Of a DNA stretch of 64,000 nt, positions 1-9,659 are shown piece after piece. The translations under genes and the position numbers were made by a program. The stretch covers positions 1,792,001 to 1,856,000 of the forward strand of contig OY970340.1 of assembly GCA_963717465.1 (NCBI GenBank), written 5' to 3'. Position 1 is the first letter of the stretch, and each line of letters opens with the position of its first letter. The stretch is from Candidatus Bathyarchaeota archaeon. GTDB lineage: Archaea; Thermoproteota; Bathyarchaeia; Bathyarchaeales; Bathycorpusculaceae. Below the pieces are notes generated by a model. That model was not told the DNA's origin, did no database searches, and saw nothing but the letters and a program-made list of their open reading frames with translations.

Positions 1-1232
1 ACCAACGGACGCCTTTAAGCTTGATTGGGCATCAGCGAGCGAACCCTCAACGTCTTTCAAGTCAACAATGGCGTTTGCTCGTTGATACTCCAACAAGGCA
101 AGATGAATCTTGTTATCCAAAACGTTTTCTGTAATTTTCTGGGTTGACTCCTCTAAATTCAAGGTTTTGGTCATGTTATCCTTTACTTTTTCGTTTATTT
201 TGCTGATTTGCAGACTTGAATTATCTATCATTTCTTTGAGCTTTGCGCTTGTGAAAATTTTAAAATCATTTCTGTTCTGGGATTTTGATTCAAAGGACTC
301 GGCTTCTCCGAGTAACTGCTCAATCAACTTCATTGTTGATTCATTTTGGGCTAAGTCATGCTCCAGACTTAATCGTTCGTTGAAAGAAGCTTTAATATCA
401 CTCTTCAGTTTTTCTTGCTGAAGCTGTCGGTCGTTTAGCTGGCTTGTTGAGACATTTTTTCTAGCTCGATTTTATTAATAATTTCTTGATTCTTGCCCTG
501 ATTCGCCAATAGCCCTTTTACGATACCTTCACGTCTTTCTACTTCTGCCCATGCAAGTTCGCGTTCCAAGAAGCGCCTTTTGATTTGCAACTGTTTTTTC
601 TCTTGATATTTCTGGTTTTGTTCTTGCCAGTACCTGAGGGTTTGCTCAGCGGACTCCAAAAGTTTGCTTACGGATTCTTCTTGACTTAAAATACGAGTTA
701 ATTTTGATTTTGCTTGAAGCACGTTGTCACGGAATGGTTCTAAACCAACTGCAGCTTCAACCATGCGGAGCTTATCCATGTTGGAGAGTACGCTGAATTG
801 CTCAACCATGTTCTGGTGCATGATAATTAACATGTTGTCAGGGTCAACACCGAACCTGCCCAATAAACGTTCAACATCCTGTTTTGTGGCAGCGTGATTT
901 TCAAGTTCAAACCAGTATTTGCCATCTCTGCGCAAAACGCGAGTAAGGAAAATCTGGTCCTTACTGTATTTTGGGGCAGGACGCTTATTGCCCATTTTAC
1001 TGTTATCCAGAATAAGCGTCACTCGGGCTTGATCGTTACCCCATCGAATTAAATCGCTAAGTTTACGGGAACGCTCTGTGTAAGATTGCCCAAGCGCCAC
1101 TGAAATAGCAAGTAAAAGCGAGGATTTTCCCGCGCCGTTTGGTCCGCCTATAACGTTGACACCTGGCTTAAACGGCACTCTAGCATACTCATAGCTCATG
1201 AAATTTTCCAGAATAACCTCTTGAATTAGCAT
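1..1232 (-). CDS. SMC-family ATPase (SMC5/6- or ClsN-like), N-terminal part; frameshift near 440-460; runs off the window edge
   Basis: ENFMSY start motif, Walker A GPNGAGKS, Q-loop HQNMV, then coiled coil. A coiled-coil-like frame (NDRQLQQEKLKSDIK...) continues from ~434 to 1 after a poly-T tract. Confidence 0.8.
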
Positions 1233-1757
1233 TACCCGCAGTTAGCCTCTTTTGATGTAGAGCCTTAGTTATATTTAACCGAATTGCTAAGAAAAGGCGC
1301 AAAATCGAGCATTTTTCCATTTTTCGGGATGTCTACCTTAGTTAGATCAAGTGGTAAGCTTCCCACTCCGAATTGTGGAATGGCTTAGAAACTTAAGAAT
1401 GGCTCCTATTTTTGCCTCTTTTCAATTCTTTACAGTCTTGTTTTCTTCATATCAAACATTCACATGTATACATAGATCCTTGCGTTTGAAAATCATTCGG
1501 GTTAATTTTAAAAAAAAATCCATTTTATATTTTATTTAGGATAGTTTTGAGATATTTGCTCATATTTTTGGCAAGCAATAAAGGAAATTCTTATATATTA
1601 CGATTCCATATTGTATTTAGCGATAACTTTAAGAGAGCCATCAGCATTTAAGTTTGCCTTCCAAAGGTACAAATCTGTGTGCGAATAGGAATACCATCCC
1701 ACACATGAGCCTTTGAATTAGCAAATTCGAATGATCAAATAATAGGAGGAAAAATAC

Positions 1758-1883
1758 GTGCTTTCAAGAGATTGCGACGGCTGCTCCCAGATGAAGCCAT
1801 GCAGCAAACGCTACATAGTAGTCGAAAAGGGTAACTGCGTCTACTGTCCCGACGGAACAGCCCATTTAGTTGACGGATTTTAA
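1758..1883 (+). CDS. Small Cys-rich putative metal-binding protein (41 aa; not in ORF track)
   Basis: AGGAGGA Shine-Dalgarno 7 nt before GTG. Translates MLSRDCDGCSQMKPCSKRYIVVEKGNCVYCPDGTAHLVDGF. Confidence 0.7.
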   Translation: MLSRDCDGCSQMKPCSKRYIVVEKGNCVYCPDGTAHLVDGF

Positions 1884-2089
1884 AACTAAAAAAGAATTTT
1901 TAATTGCAAAATCGTCAACCATTTTTTTATTTCTTGATTTTTTTTTCATTTAAATGTTATGTCAACTATGCGTCTTTGGATTTCCTTCTTGGGAAGTCAA
2001 AGGGTAAAAATAGTATTTGATTCTGTTTTACATGTTCAGCCAATGAATTTTAATATCCTAAGTCGCCCTATTTCTTTGAGCGAGATTAC

Positions 2090-3853
2090 ATGGATTATGA
2101 GCTTATTGCCCAAGAATACGAGAAAATTGAAGCAACCTCAAAACGGTTGGAAATGACTGATTTACTGGTTAATCTGCTTAAAAATACTCCCAAAAATGTC
2201 ATCGATAAAGTAGTCTATTTAACCCAGGGTAAAATATATCCTGATTTCGTTGGCATTGAAATTGGTATAGCAGAAAAACTCGCCATTAAAGCTTTATCAC
2301 GCGCTTCTGGGCGAAAAGAAAGTGAAATTCAATCTGACTTGCAAAAAAGCGGTGATATAGGTGTTACGGCAGAGAAGCTTTTGGCTAAACGCAAGCAGTC
2401 CACTTTCTATACTAAGACATTGTCTGTCGAGCATGTTTACGAGACGCTTGATAAAATGGCTAAAACTTCAGGCTCAGGCTCTGTTGACTCGAAAATGGCC
2501 CTTTTGTCCGGATTATTGTCTGATGCTTCCCCTAGAGAGGCGAAATTTATTGTTCGCACGGTAACAGGCAACCTGAGATTAGGCATTGCAGATATGACTG
2601 TGCTTGATGCGTTGGCGATAGCTTATGGTGACGGAAAAGAATCTCGTGAACCAATCGAGCGAGCATACAACATCTGTTCAGATCTTGGCCGAGTAGCAAG
2701 CATACTTGCACAGAATGGTCTAGATGCGGTAAAAGAGCTCCAAGTGCTTGTTTTTGAGCCTATTAGACCCATGCTAGCAGAGAGGCTTGCTTCGCCAGAA
2801 GAAATTCTTGACAAGCTTGGAGGAAAATGCGTTGCCGAATACAAGTATGACGGAGAACGAATACAACTGCACAAAAAAGGAAACGAGGTTAAACTTTTTT
2901 CCCGTCGCATGGAGAACATTTCAGACCAGTATCCAGACGCAATTCAACTAATCAGAGATAAAGTGGCTGGAAAAGAGGTTATTATGGAGGCTGAATGCGT
3001 CGCGATGGATTTGGAAACAGGTGACATGCGGCCATTTCAAGAATTGATGCATCGGCGACGTAAATACGGCGTTGAAGAGGCTGTAGTGCAGTATCCTGTC
3101 TCACTCTTTATGTTTGACGCCCTTTACGTTGATGGTAAAGACTTGACACGTGAAGTTTACCCTATCAGAAGAAAAATGCTTGAGAAAACACTAATACAGA
3201 ATGACCGAGCTAAACCAGCCATACAAAAACTGGCTAAGAATGCGAAGGAACTTGAGGATTTTTTTGAGGAAGCAATCGAGAAAGGCTGCGAAGGCTTAAT
3301 GTGCAAATCAATAGGCAAGGATTCCATTTATCAAGCTGGAAGTCGCGGTTGGCTATGGATTAAATATAAACGTGATTACAAGAGTGAAATGACTGATACT
3401 GTAGATTTGGTTGTAGTTGGCGCTTTGCATGGTAGAGGCAAACGTGCAGGAGCATATGGCGCTTTGCTGCTTGCTACTTATAATAAAGATAAGGACACTT
3501 TTGAGACTGTAACGAAGTGCGGAACAGGGTTTACAGATAAGGACCTTGCGAACCTTGTAGATGTGCTTCAGAAGCATATTATTCCGAAGAAGAATTCACG
3601 TGTTCAATCTTTGCTTGAAGCAGACGTATGGTTTGAGCCCTCATTGGTCTTGGAGATTTTAGGCGCTGAAATTACTCTTAGCCCAATTCACACTTGCTCA
3701 ATGGATTCAGTAAGGAAAGGCAGTGGTTTAGCCATTCGTTTTCCACGTTTCACAGGAAAATACAGGTCTGATAAAAGCCCTGAAGACGCAACATCTTCAA
3801 AGGAAATCGTAGAAATGTATCGGCGCCAACTCAAAAAAATAAGTGAATCTTAA
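2090..3853 (+). CDS. lig: ATP-dependent DNA ligase
   Basis: EYKYDGER adenylation motif, EGLMCK, WLWIKYKRDY, IRFPRF. Confidence 0.97.
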   Translation: MDYELIAQEYEKIEATSKRLEMTDLLVNLLKNTPKNVIDKVVYLTQGKIYPDFVGIEIGIAEKLAIKALSRASGRKESEIQSDLQKSGDIGVTAEKLLAKRKQSTFYTKTLSVEHVYETLDKMAKTSGSGSVDSKMALLSGLLSDASPREAKFIVRTVTGNLRLGIADMTVLDALAIAYGDGKESREPIERAYNICSDLGRVASILAQNGLDAVKELQVLVFEPIRPMLAERLASPEEILDKLGGKCVAEYKYDGERIQLHKKGNEVKLFSRRMENISDQYPDAIQLIRDKVAGKEVIMEAECVAMDLETGDMRPFQELMHRRRKYGVEEAVVQYPVSLFMFDALYVDGKDLTREVYPIRRKMLEKTLIQNDRAKPAIQKLAKNAKELEDFFEEAIEKGCEGLMCKSIGKDSIYQAGSRGWLWIKYKRDYKSEMTDTVDLVVVGALHGRGKRAGAYGALLLATYNKDKDTFETVTKCGTGFTDKDLANLVDVLQKHIIPKKNSRVQSLLEADVWFEPSLVLEILGAEITLSPIHTCSMDSVRKGSGLAIRFPRFTGKYRSDKSPEDATSSKEIVEMYRRQLKKISES

Positions 3854-3916
3854 ATTGTTTGACAAATAACCGTTGAAAAAGCTTAAACATGAAGCATAAA
3901 AATCTATTGTACGAGC

Positions 3917-4546
3917 GTGGAAGAGGCATTGTCGCAAGATTCAGAAAGGATGAAATCTTTGGTCGCTTTTAAAAAACGGCTTGAGAAAAAGCTTGAAAGA
4001 CTAAATGCTGAAACCAAAGAAATCCAAGCAGCCTTAGACTCTGTTAATTCAATATTACTCGAGAAGAGCTTCAAGCGTGGAGACATAAAGGAAGTGACTG
4101 CTTCAACCCCTATTCCTGCTGAAGTTATACTTCCAAAACCTGAAGCTGACGAATCAAATGAAAACATCCCTGTCACCCAACATGGCGTTGAACCTGAAAA
4201 CGTTATACCGCTAAGAACTATGGCGGATGAGCCATTAGCAATACTTTATCTTGATAATCAATCAGTGCATGTTATGCCTGATGAAAGCAAGAAATTTAGT
4301 GTCAATACGCCGCCTTTCGAGAACTTTTTAGTTGAAAAAGTCTTCGCTAAAATGGAAGAAAAAGATGACGAATTAGTGCAAAAAGGGCAGCTTAAACCTG
4401 AAAAAATGTTCTCCTATAACGTTATCCGTGAAAATAATCTAATTCGGGAAATAGTAATTAAAAATGTTGATGAGGAACGTCTAAAAGAGTTAAAGTCAAG
4501 TATTCGCTGGACTTTTGAGAAAATGTACGAGAAAATGAAAAGCTAA
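3917..4546 (+). CDS. Hypothetical protein with N-terminal coiled coil
   Basis: 209-aa ORF following lig; no recognisable motif. Confidence 0.7.
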   Translation: MEEALSQDSERMKSLVAFKKRLEKKLERLNAETKEIQAALDSVNSILLEKSFKRGDIKEVTASTPIPAEVILPKPEADESNENIPVTQHGVEPENVIPLRTMADEPLAILYLDNQSVHVMPDESKKFSVNTPPFENFLVEKVFAKMEEKDDELVQKGQLKPEKMFSYNVIRENNLIREIVIKNVDEERLKELKSSIRWTFEKMYEKMKS

Positions 4547-4552
4547 ATGCCT

Positions 4553-4879
4553 TTATTCAAGATGCTTTTTCAACAGTACATCAATGTTTCTTTTTGGGCA
4601 CAAGCCAACTAGTCTTTCAACTTCTTTGCCGTTCTTAAAAACTATCAACGTGGGTATGCTATAAACGCCGAAGCGTTCAGCAGTCAAAGGGTTTGCATCG
4701 ACATCCAGTTTGCCTATAAACGCTTTTCCATTATATTCCGCTGCTATTTCCTCTATTACTGGGGCCAGGGCTCTGCAGGGTCCGCACCATCCAGCCCAAA
4801 AATCAAGCAAAGCAATCTTATTGTTCTTGATTGTTTGCTCAAACTGTGCATCCGTAACATGACAAGGTTGAGAACTCAC
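4553..4879 (-). CDS. trxA: Thioredoxin
   Basis: WCGPC active site, cis-Pro motif SIPT. Confidence 0.95.
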   Translation of the reverse strand: MSSQPCHVTDAQFEQTIKNNKIALLDFWAGWCGPCRALAPVIEEIAAEYNGKAFIGKLDVDANPLTAERFGVYSIPTLIVFKNGKEVERLVGLCPKRNIDVLLKKHLE

Positions 4880-5051
4880 CTTTAATCAACTCCATTTTCT
4901 TATGAACAAAAGTTTTAGATTGATATAAACATTCGCAAGAAAGCATGCATCAATCATTCCCTATTTAGAAAATCAGTTTTGGTTATATTACTAAAACTAG
5001 AATAAGCGAGTTATATAGCCACACCATCAGTTTATTTGAGGATGAAACAAG

Positions 5052-5291
5052 TTGCAAGAACAATTAGCCTGTCTGCTTTTAATAACTGTCTCCATAGCGC
5101 TAATTGGTGTAGTAGCTGATTATGCAGTAAATTTAACCGCACAGACGCTTAATCCCGATTCTTCTCAAAACGCGAAAATAAGTGACTTAAGTGCACAACT
5201 TCTAAATCAAACAGAGAATCTGCTCAATCAAATTCCAAGCAGTAATTCAACAATAACGAGCAATTCAACACAGACCTCGACTTCCCCATAA
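5052..5291 (+). CDS. Small membrane-anchored hypothetical protein
   Basis: N-terminal hydrophobic segment, S/T/N-rich tail, TATA-like ttatata upstream. Confidence 0.5.
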   Translation: MQEQLACLLLITVSIALIGVVADYAVNLTAQTLNPDSSQNAKISDLSAQLLNQTENLLNQIPSSNSTITSNSTQTSTSP

Positions 5292-5408
5292 ATTCTCATC
5301 AACAATAAGTCGGTTGACATCTGACCCATCTTTCATAATAAGATAAATAGAAAGCGCTAATTTCCCGGTGGCAATTTTAAACGTTGCCGCAAGGAAAAAA
5401 ATGAAGTT

Positions 5409-6275
5409 TTAGGCTGCTTTTGGCTTTGCCTTCTCGGCAGCACTGTTTAAGCTTGTCATTTGCATGTTTGCCTTGCGTAATAAGTCGCCGATGGTTTCTT
5501 TTGTTGGAACAGCAGCATTTACTGAGAGTGCTAATGCTTTTTGGTGGGCTTGTTGCAATAATGGCTTAATGGTGTCTTTTGTTGTAAAAGTAATCGCCAA
5601 CGCCAAAGCGTATGCTAAAGCGTTGCTTTCTTCGATGCTTTTTTTCGTTGCGTCTATGTCAATTTTAAGTTGGTCCCCACTGATCATTAGTCCATTATCG
5701 AGTACAGCACGCATCGATAATCCTAATTCAACTGCTTTGATATTGAGCTTAGAGAGTACGCCGGCTAGACGTTCATTGATTACTTCACCTTTGCGTACAA
5801 CAAGTGTGTCTTTGCTGATCCATACACTGCCTGATTCGATTCGCGTAGGCAACCCGACGGCGTTCAATTGACTGATAACTGGTCCAGGTGCTTGTCCAGT
5901 GTTGCCTGCTGGAATGACCACATCCATTGCGGCGACATCACCCGACTTAGCTGTGGTTTTAACTTTGCCTCGTTCCAGCATGAGCGATAGCTTGAATGGG
6001 TTAAGATTCGTAAATAAGTAAACGTTCGAGCCTTCTAAGAAGTCCTCGAGCTTTTTCAGGTCCGTTTCGGGCATTCCTTCAATCGCAAACTTTACCAAAG
6101 AATTCTTCAAGACTCTGAAGTGTACTTTGCCACTCATGCTTTTCTTTAATTCTTGAAGCTGGGAAGCACGTACTTTCTGTAAACTAGCAATGCCGATCGA
6201 CTTGTATTCTTTCAAGATGCCTTTGATTTCGGCTACTTCATTTGATTTTTCTTCTAACACTTGTTGAGATGGCAT
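5409..6275 (-). CDS. rplP0: 50S ribosomal protein uL10 (P0)
   Basis: VIPAGNTGQAPGP motif, KNSL motif; position after rpl1. Confidence 0.95.
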   Translation of the reverse strand: MPSQQVLEEKSNEVAEIKGILKEYKSIGIASLQKVRASQLQELKKSMSGKVHFRVLKNSLVKFAIEGMPETDLKKLEDFLEGSNVYLFTNLNPFKLSLMLERGKVKTTAKSGDVAAMDVVIPAGNTGQAPGPVISQLNAVGLPTRIESGSVWISKDTLVVRKGEVINERLAGVLSKLNIKAVELGLSMRAVLDNGLMISGDQLKIDIDATKKSIEESNALAYALALAITFTTKDTIKPLLQQAHQKALALSVNAAVPTKETIGDLLRKANMQMTSLNSAAEKAKPKAA

Positions 6276-6291
6276 ACTCTTTCCTCTTCAA

Positions 6292-6941
6292 TTATGGTTT
6301 AATTTTAACGGGTTCACCCATTGATGTCTTGATGAAAGCGTATTTCACGTTCTTTAATCCACGTTTAAGCTTTCCATCAAGAACACGAAGAATAGCCTGC
6401 ATATTGTCAACCAGTTCTTCATCTTTCATCTGTTCAGCGCCAACGGAAACCTGAATAATCGGCTGATTACGCATACGTACAACCACAGTTTTTCGATGTT
6501 TAGTAAGCAGAGCTGTAATGTCTGCACCCGGGGGAACAGGAATAGGCATTTTACCCCTTGGACCCAAAACGGGACCTAAGACCTTGCCGACCAACGACAT
6601 TAACGGTGCTTCTGCGATGAAAACGTCATAATCGCTGGCTAATTTCCGTAGTTCTCTCTTTTTCCAGCTAACGCGTCTAGGTCAGCACGTTCAATGACCA
6701 TGTCAGCCTTAGCGTTTTTGGCCTTGACTGAGAACTCTCCCTGGGCAATAACGCAAATCTTGTTTGATTTGCCGGTTTCACGTGGAAGCTCAACAACTTC
6801 TTGAATCTTGCCTTCCGGTGCCTTCATGTCAATTTCTTGAATGTCCAAAATCAAATCTACAGTTTGGTTAAACTTTTTCTGACCTGACTTTGACTTAGCC
6901 GCTTTAACAGCCTCTAACAGTGTCTTGTTATCTAATGGCAT
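6292..6941 (-). CDS. rpl1: 50S ribosomal protein uL1; frameshift at poly-A near 6660 (probable assembly error)
   Basis: KFNQTVDL N-terminus and LGPVLGPRGKMP...KTSMG C-terminus are in two frames; one extra A restores GKKRELRKLA. Confidence 0.92.
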
Positions 6942-6997
6942 TTTTAAGCCTCGAACCAATGAGGGATTGGAACCCGATTATAAAAATATTCGCTTAT

Positions 6998-7489
6998 TTA
7001 TTCGCTTTTATTGAATAAATCCTCATAGTTTCCAGTATCAATGTCTTTTTGAACTTCACGTGGGTCCTTGCCTTCAACGGTGACGCCTAAACTTACGCAT
7101 GTTCCAAGCATCTCTTTAACAGCTTTCTTAAGCGTCGGTGCTAAAAGCTCAGGTCGCTTAATCTTTGCGATCCGAACCATCTGCTCCATGTTTAAGTCAC
7201 CAACCTTAACTGAATTCGGTGTTCCTGAGCCTTTCTCGATCTTTAGTTCAGCCACAATCAATGCTGACGAGGTTGGGGTTCCAACGGAAACTTCAAAGGT
7301 TTTATCCTCAGGATTAACAGATATTTTAACTGGAACCTTCATTCCAGCATAATCCTTAGTCAACTCGTTAATCTTGTTGACTACAGCCATAATGTTAATT
7401 CCTAATGGACCAAGAGCAGGACCCAATGGTGGACCTGCATTGGCTTGTCCCCCGTTTACGAGTAATTCAACGATTTTTTTCTCTGACAT
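6998..7489 (-). CDS. rpl11: 50S ribosomal protein uL11
   Basis: GQANAGPPLGPALGPLG motif. Confidence 0.97.
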   Translation of the reverse strand: MSEKKIVELLVNGGQANAGPPLGPALGPLGINIMAVVNKINELTKDYAGMKVPVKISVNPEDKTFEVSVGTPTSSALIVAELKIEKGSGTPNSVKVGDLNMEQMVRIAKIKRPELLAPTLKKAVKEMLGTCVSLGVTVEGKDPREVQKDIDTGNYEDLFNKSE

Positions 7490-7503
7490 GTTCTTTCACT
7501 TGT

Positions 7504-7980
7504 TTATTTTTTTGATTTTTCAACTAGTTTTACATAATCTGAATGAACAGTAATTGGTAAAGTAAACGTTGCCTCTAACAATTCAAGTGTTACTTCGCCC
7601 TTGGATTTGTCAAGCCTTGTGATTTTAGCTCTCATTCCCTTGAATGGTCCACCAGTAATCTCTACAACGTCATCTTCGCCTAGGTCTTCCATTACTGGTT
7701 TACGGACAATGTAACGTTCAATTTCGTTAAAGCTTACCAGACCAGGAATTCTGGAGCGCACATGGCGTACACCTGCTATGGCTTCCTCCACAAGATGGGG
7801 ACCATCTGCTTCAATGAACACATAACCTTTAAGCGTGTCTGGGACAAGAAGAGCTTTAATGGGGATATGTGTCATTTCCACTTTCGCGGCGATAAGCCTT
7901 GCAACATTGCGTTCTTGACCAGTTGTGGTCTTAACTACAAAGATTTTTGTTGCTGGCATTTGCTCTTCTTTTTTGTCCAT
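7504..7980 (-). CDS. spt5: Transcription elongation factor Spt5 (NusG)
   Basis: TTGQE and KGYVFIEA (NGN domain); KOW motif VEITGGPFKG. Confidence 0.96.
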   Translation of the reverse strand: MDKKEEQMPATKIFVVKTTTGQERNVARLIAAKVEMTHIPIKALLVPDTLKGYVFIEADGPHLVEEAIAGVRHVRSRIPGLVSFNEIERYIVRKPVMEDLGEDDVVEITGGPFKGMRAKITRLDKSKGEVTLELLEATFTLPITVHSDYVKLVEKSKK

Positions 7981-7992
7981 AAATATCACATT

Positions 7993-8481
7993 TTAGCCAA
8001 AATTTAAGGCGACTGCTATAAATTTAATTACGAACCCTACTAGGCCAATTACTACGATTCCTAAAAGACTGATTCTTATTGAGAGCCAAAGTTCTTCTCG
8101 TCCTGGTTTGACTGCTAATTTTAGGGTTCTTGCGCTTTGGGCTATGAATGATAGTTGCATGCCAAGGACTCCGCCCATTACGGCTAATACGCCGCCGACA
8201 ACTGTTATAGCTGTGCCTAAGAATGCTATTATGCCCATGAGCATGGTTATTGTTCCCCATCTGCGTGTTGATTGTTGACGATACATCATTATTGATCCAG
8301 CAATCATGACTGCTCCGACTATTCCGAATACTATTTCAAAGATGTATCCGTAACCATAGTCTTGACCTAAAATTAAGTAGTTCAGGATTTTTCCGTAGAT
8401 TGCCAGAACTACCGCACTTGCAACTGTGCATATTCCGCCAATTAATGAGAATATTACGGCAAATATGGGTTTATCGGTCAT
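7993..8481 (-). CDS. secE: Protein translocase SecE/Sec61-gamma with a multi-TM N-terminal extension
   Basis: C-terminal RTLKLAVKPGREELW...GLVGFVIK is SecE-like and lies directly upstream of spt5; ~105 extra hydrophobic N-terminal residues. Confidence 0.8.
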   Translation of the reverse strand: MTDKPIFAVIFSLIGGICTVASAVVLAIYGKILNYLILGQDYGYGYIFEIVFGIVGAVMIAGSIMMYRQQSTRRWGTITMLMGIIAFLGTAITVVGGVLAVMGGVLGMQLSFIAQSARTLKLAVKPGREELWLSIRISLLGIVVIGLVGFVIKFIAVALNFG

Positions 8482-8559
8482 TTTTTCGCCTGAGTAGTGC
8501 TTTTTGAACGTAACTTAACATTTAATCTTGCATAATAAATGTTACTGTGGCCTTTAATG

Positions 8560-9387
8560 CTAAATTTTTGCATAATTCAAATTTATGTCTTTTAGAACTT
8601 TCATGAGGTTTGGTTTATCTTTGCTTTGTATCCCTTTCCAGTCAAGAATTGCATGAGAAATCTTTTCATGGGTTTTATTTATGCATTGCATAAGCATCTT
8701 GAAATCTACCTGTGAAAGTGCATATTTAGGGATCATGTGACCAAAAACAGCCTTGTCGGCTAGTGCGAGTTCAGTAAATTTTTGGTTGTAATGTGGCCCT
8801 CCAATGCCAAGTGCTGCTGAGTTGCTTGCTTGCTTAAAACTGGTTACCGCACTAATCGCTGCATATGCCACAGCAAGGGCAGCTTTTGTGTTACTCCATT
8901 GTTTTTCGCAACTGCCTAATTCAACGAACATTGCAGGAATTTCCAACGATGGACCGTGATGTGTTGCTTCGTATGATACTTCATAGTCAAGATTCAATTC
9001 TTGCTTGTAATGGAGGAGCGTTTTCAGAGCTGCCTGCATTGCAATAGCCGGTGAAACTGACAACGTTTGAGGCAACCCTCCATATTCTGCTTTGTCAAAG
9101 TTTCCAGGCGTATGGACGGTTAGGGTTGGTTTTTCAGTTTGGCTGCTGTGTCTTGAAATAAACACGATTAATTTTGCTTCTGGGAAATCAATTGGAAGTT
9201 GCTGCGCATTAACTGATTCTTCATTCAAAGTGATGAAAAAAACTTGATTACCATTGATTTCTGCGGTGTAAATGGGATTTTCCTGATAGGCTGCGTCTTT
9301 TTTCTGGAATAAATTTAGGCTGTGGATCTGTTTGGCTATGTTTAAGCTTGCAGTATCTTTGTTTGATGCTGTGAGTAAGATCATCAT
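8560..9387 (-). CDS. dtdA: D-aminoacyl-tRNA deacylase (archaeal DTD2)
   Basis: SRHSS, LTVHTPGN, EATHHGP, FVELGS, GGPHY motifs. Confidence 0.93.
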   Translation of the reverse strand: MMILLTASNKDTASLNIAKQIHSLNLFQKKDAAYQENPIYTAEINGNQVFFITLNEESVNAQQLPIDFPEAKLIVFISRHSSQTEKPTLTVHTPGNFDKAEYGGLPQTLSVSPAIAMQAALKTLLHYKQELNLDYEVSYEATHHGPSLEIPAMFVELGSCEKQWSNTKAALAVAYAAISAVTSFKQASNSAALGIGGPHYNQKFTELALADKAVFGHMIPKYALSQVDFKMLMQCINKTHEKISHAILDWKGIQSKDKPNLMKVLKDINLNYAKI

Positions 9388-9659
9388 GCATATTAATGTA
9401 AGTGCAAGCTTTCCATAAAGTTTATTATAAAAACTTTTGATTTAGCAATAATTAAATGAACATTTTTCTTTTATTTCAAATTTTGTTTTTAGTTCTCCTG
9501 AAGGCGTCCCTCTAAACAATTAACCCATAATATTAGGCAAAATCAGTATAAAGAAATATTGATTATAAAGAAATATTGAGTCTATAAAAGTTTTATTAAC
9601 ACCGAAATGGAACAGAGGCTTCAACGGTTATTTAACGGAAAGAAGAAGAGGGAGCTAAA

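Noticed and set aside
6639..6670. Programmed frameshift or pseudogenisation of rpl1
   Set aside because: A homopolymer indel in an assembly with many similar errors is the simpler explanation.
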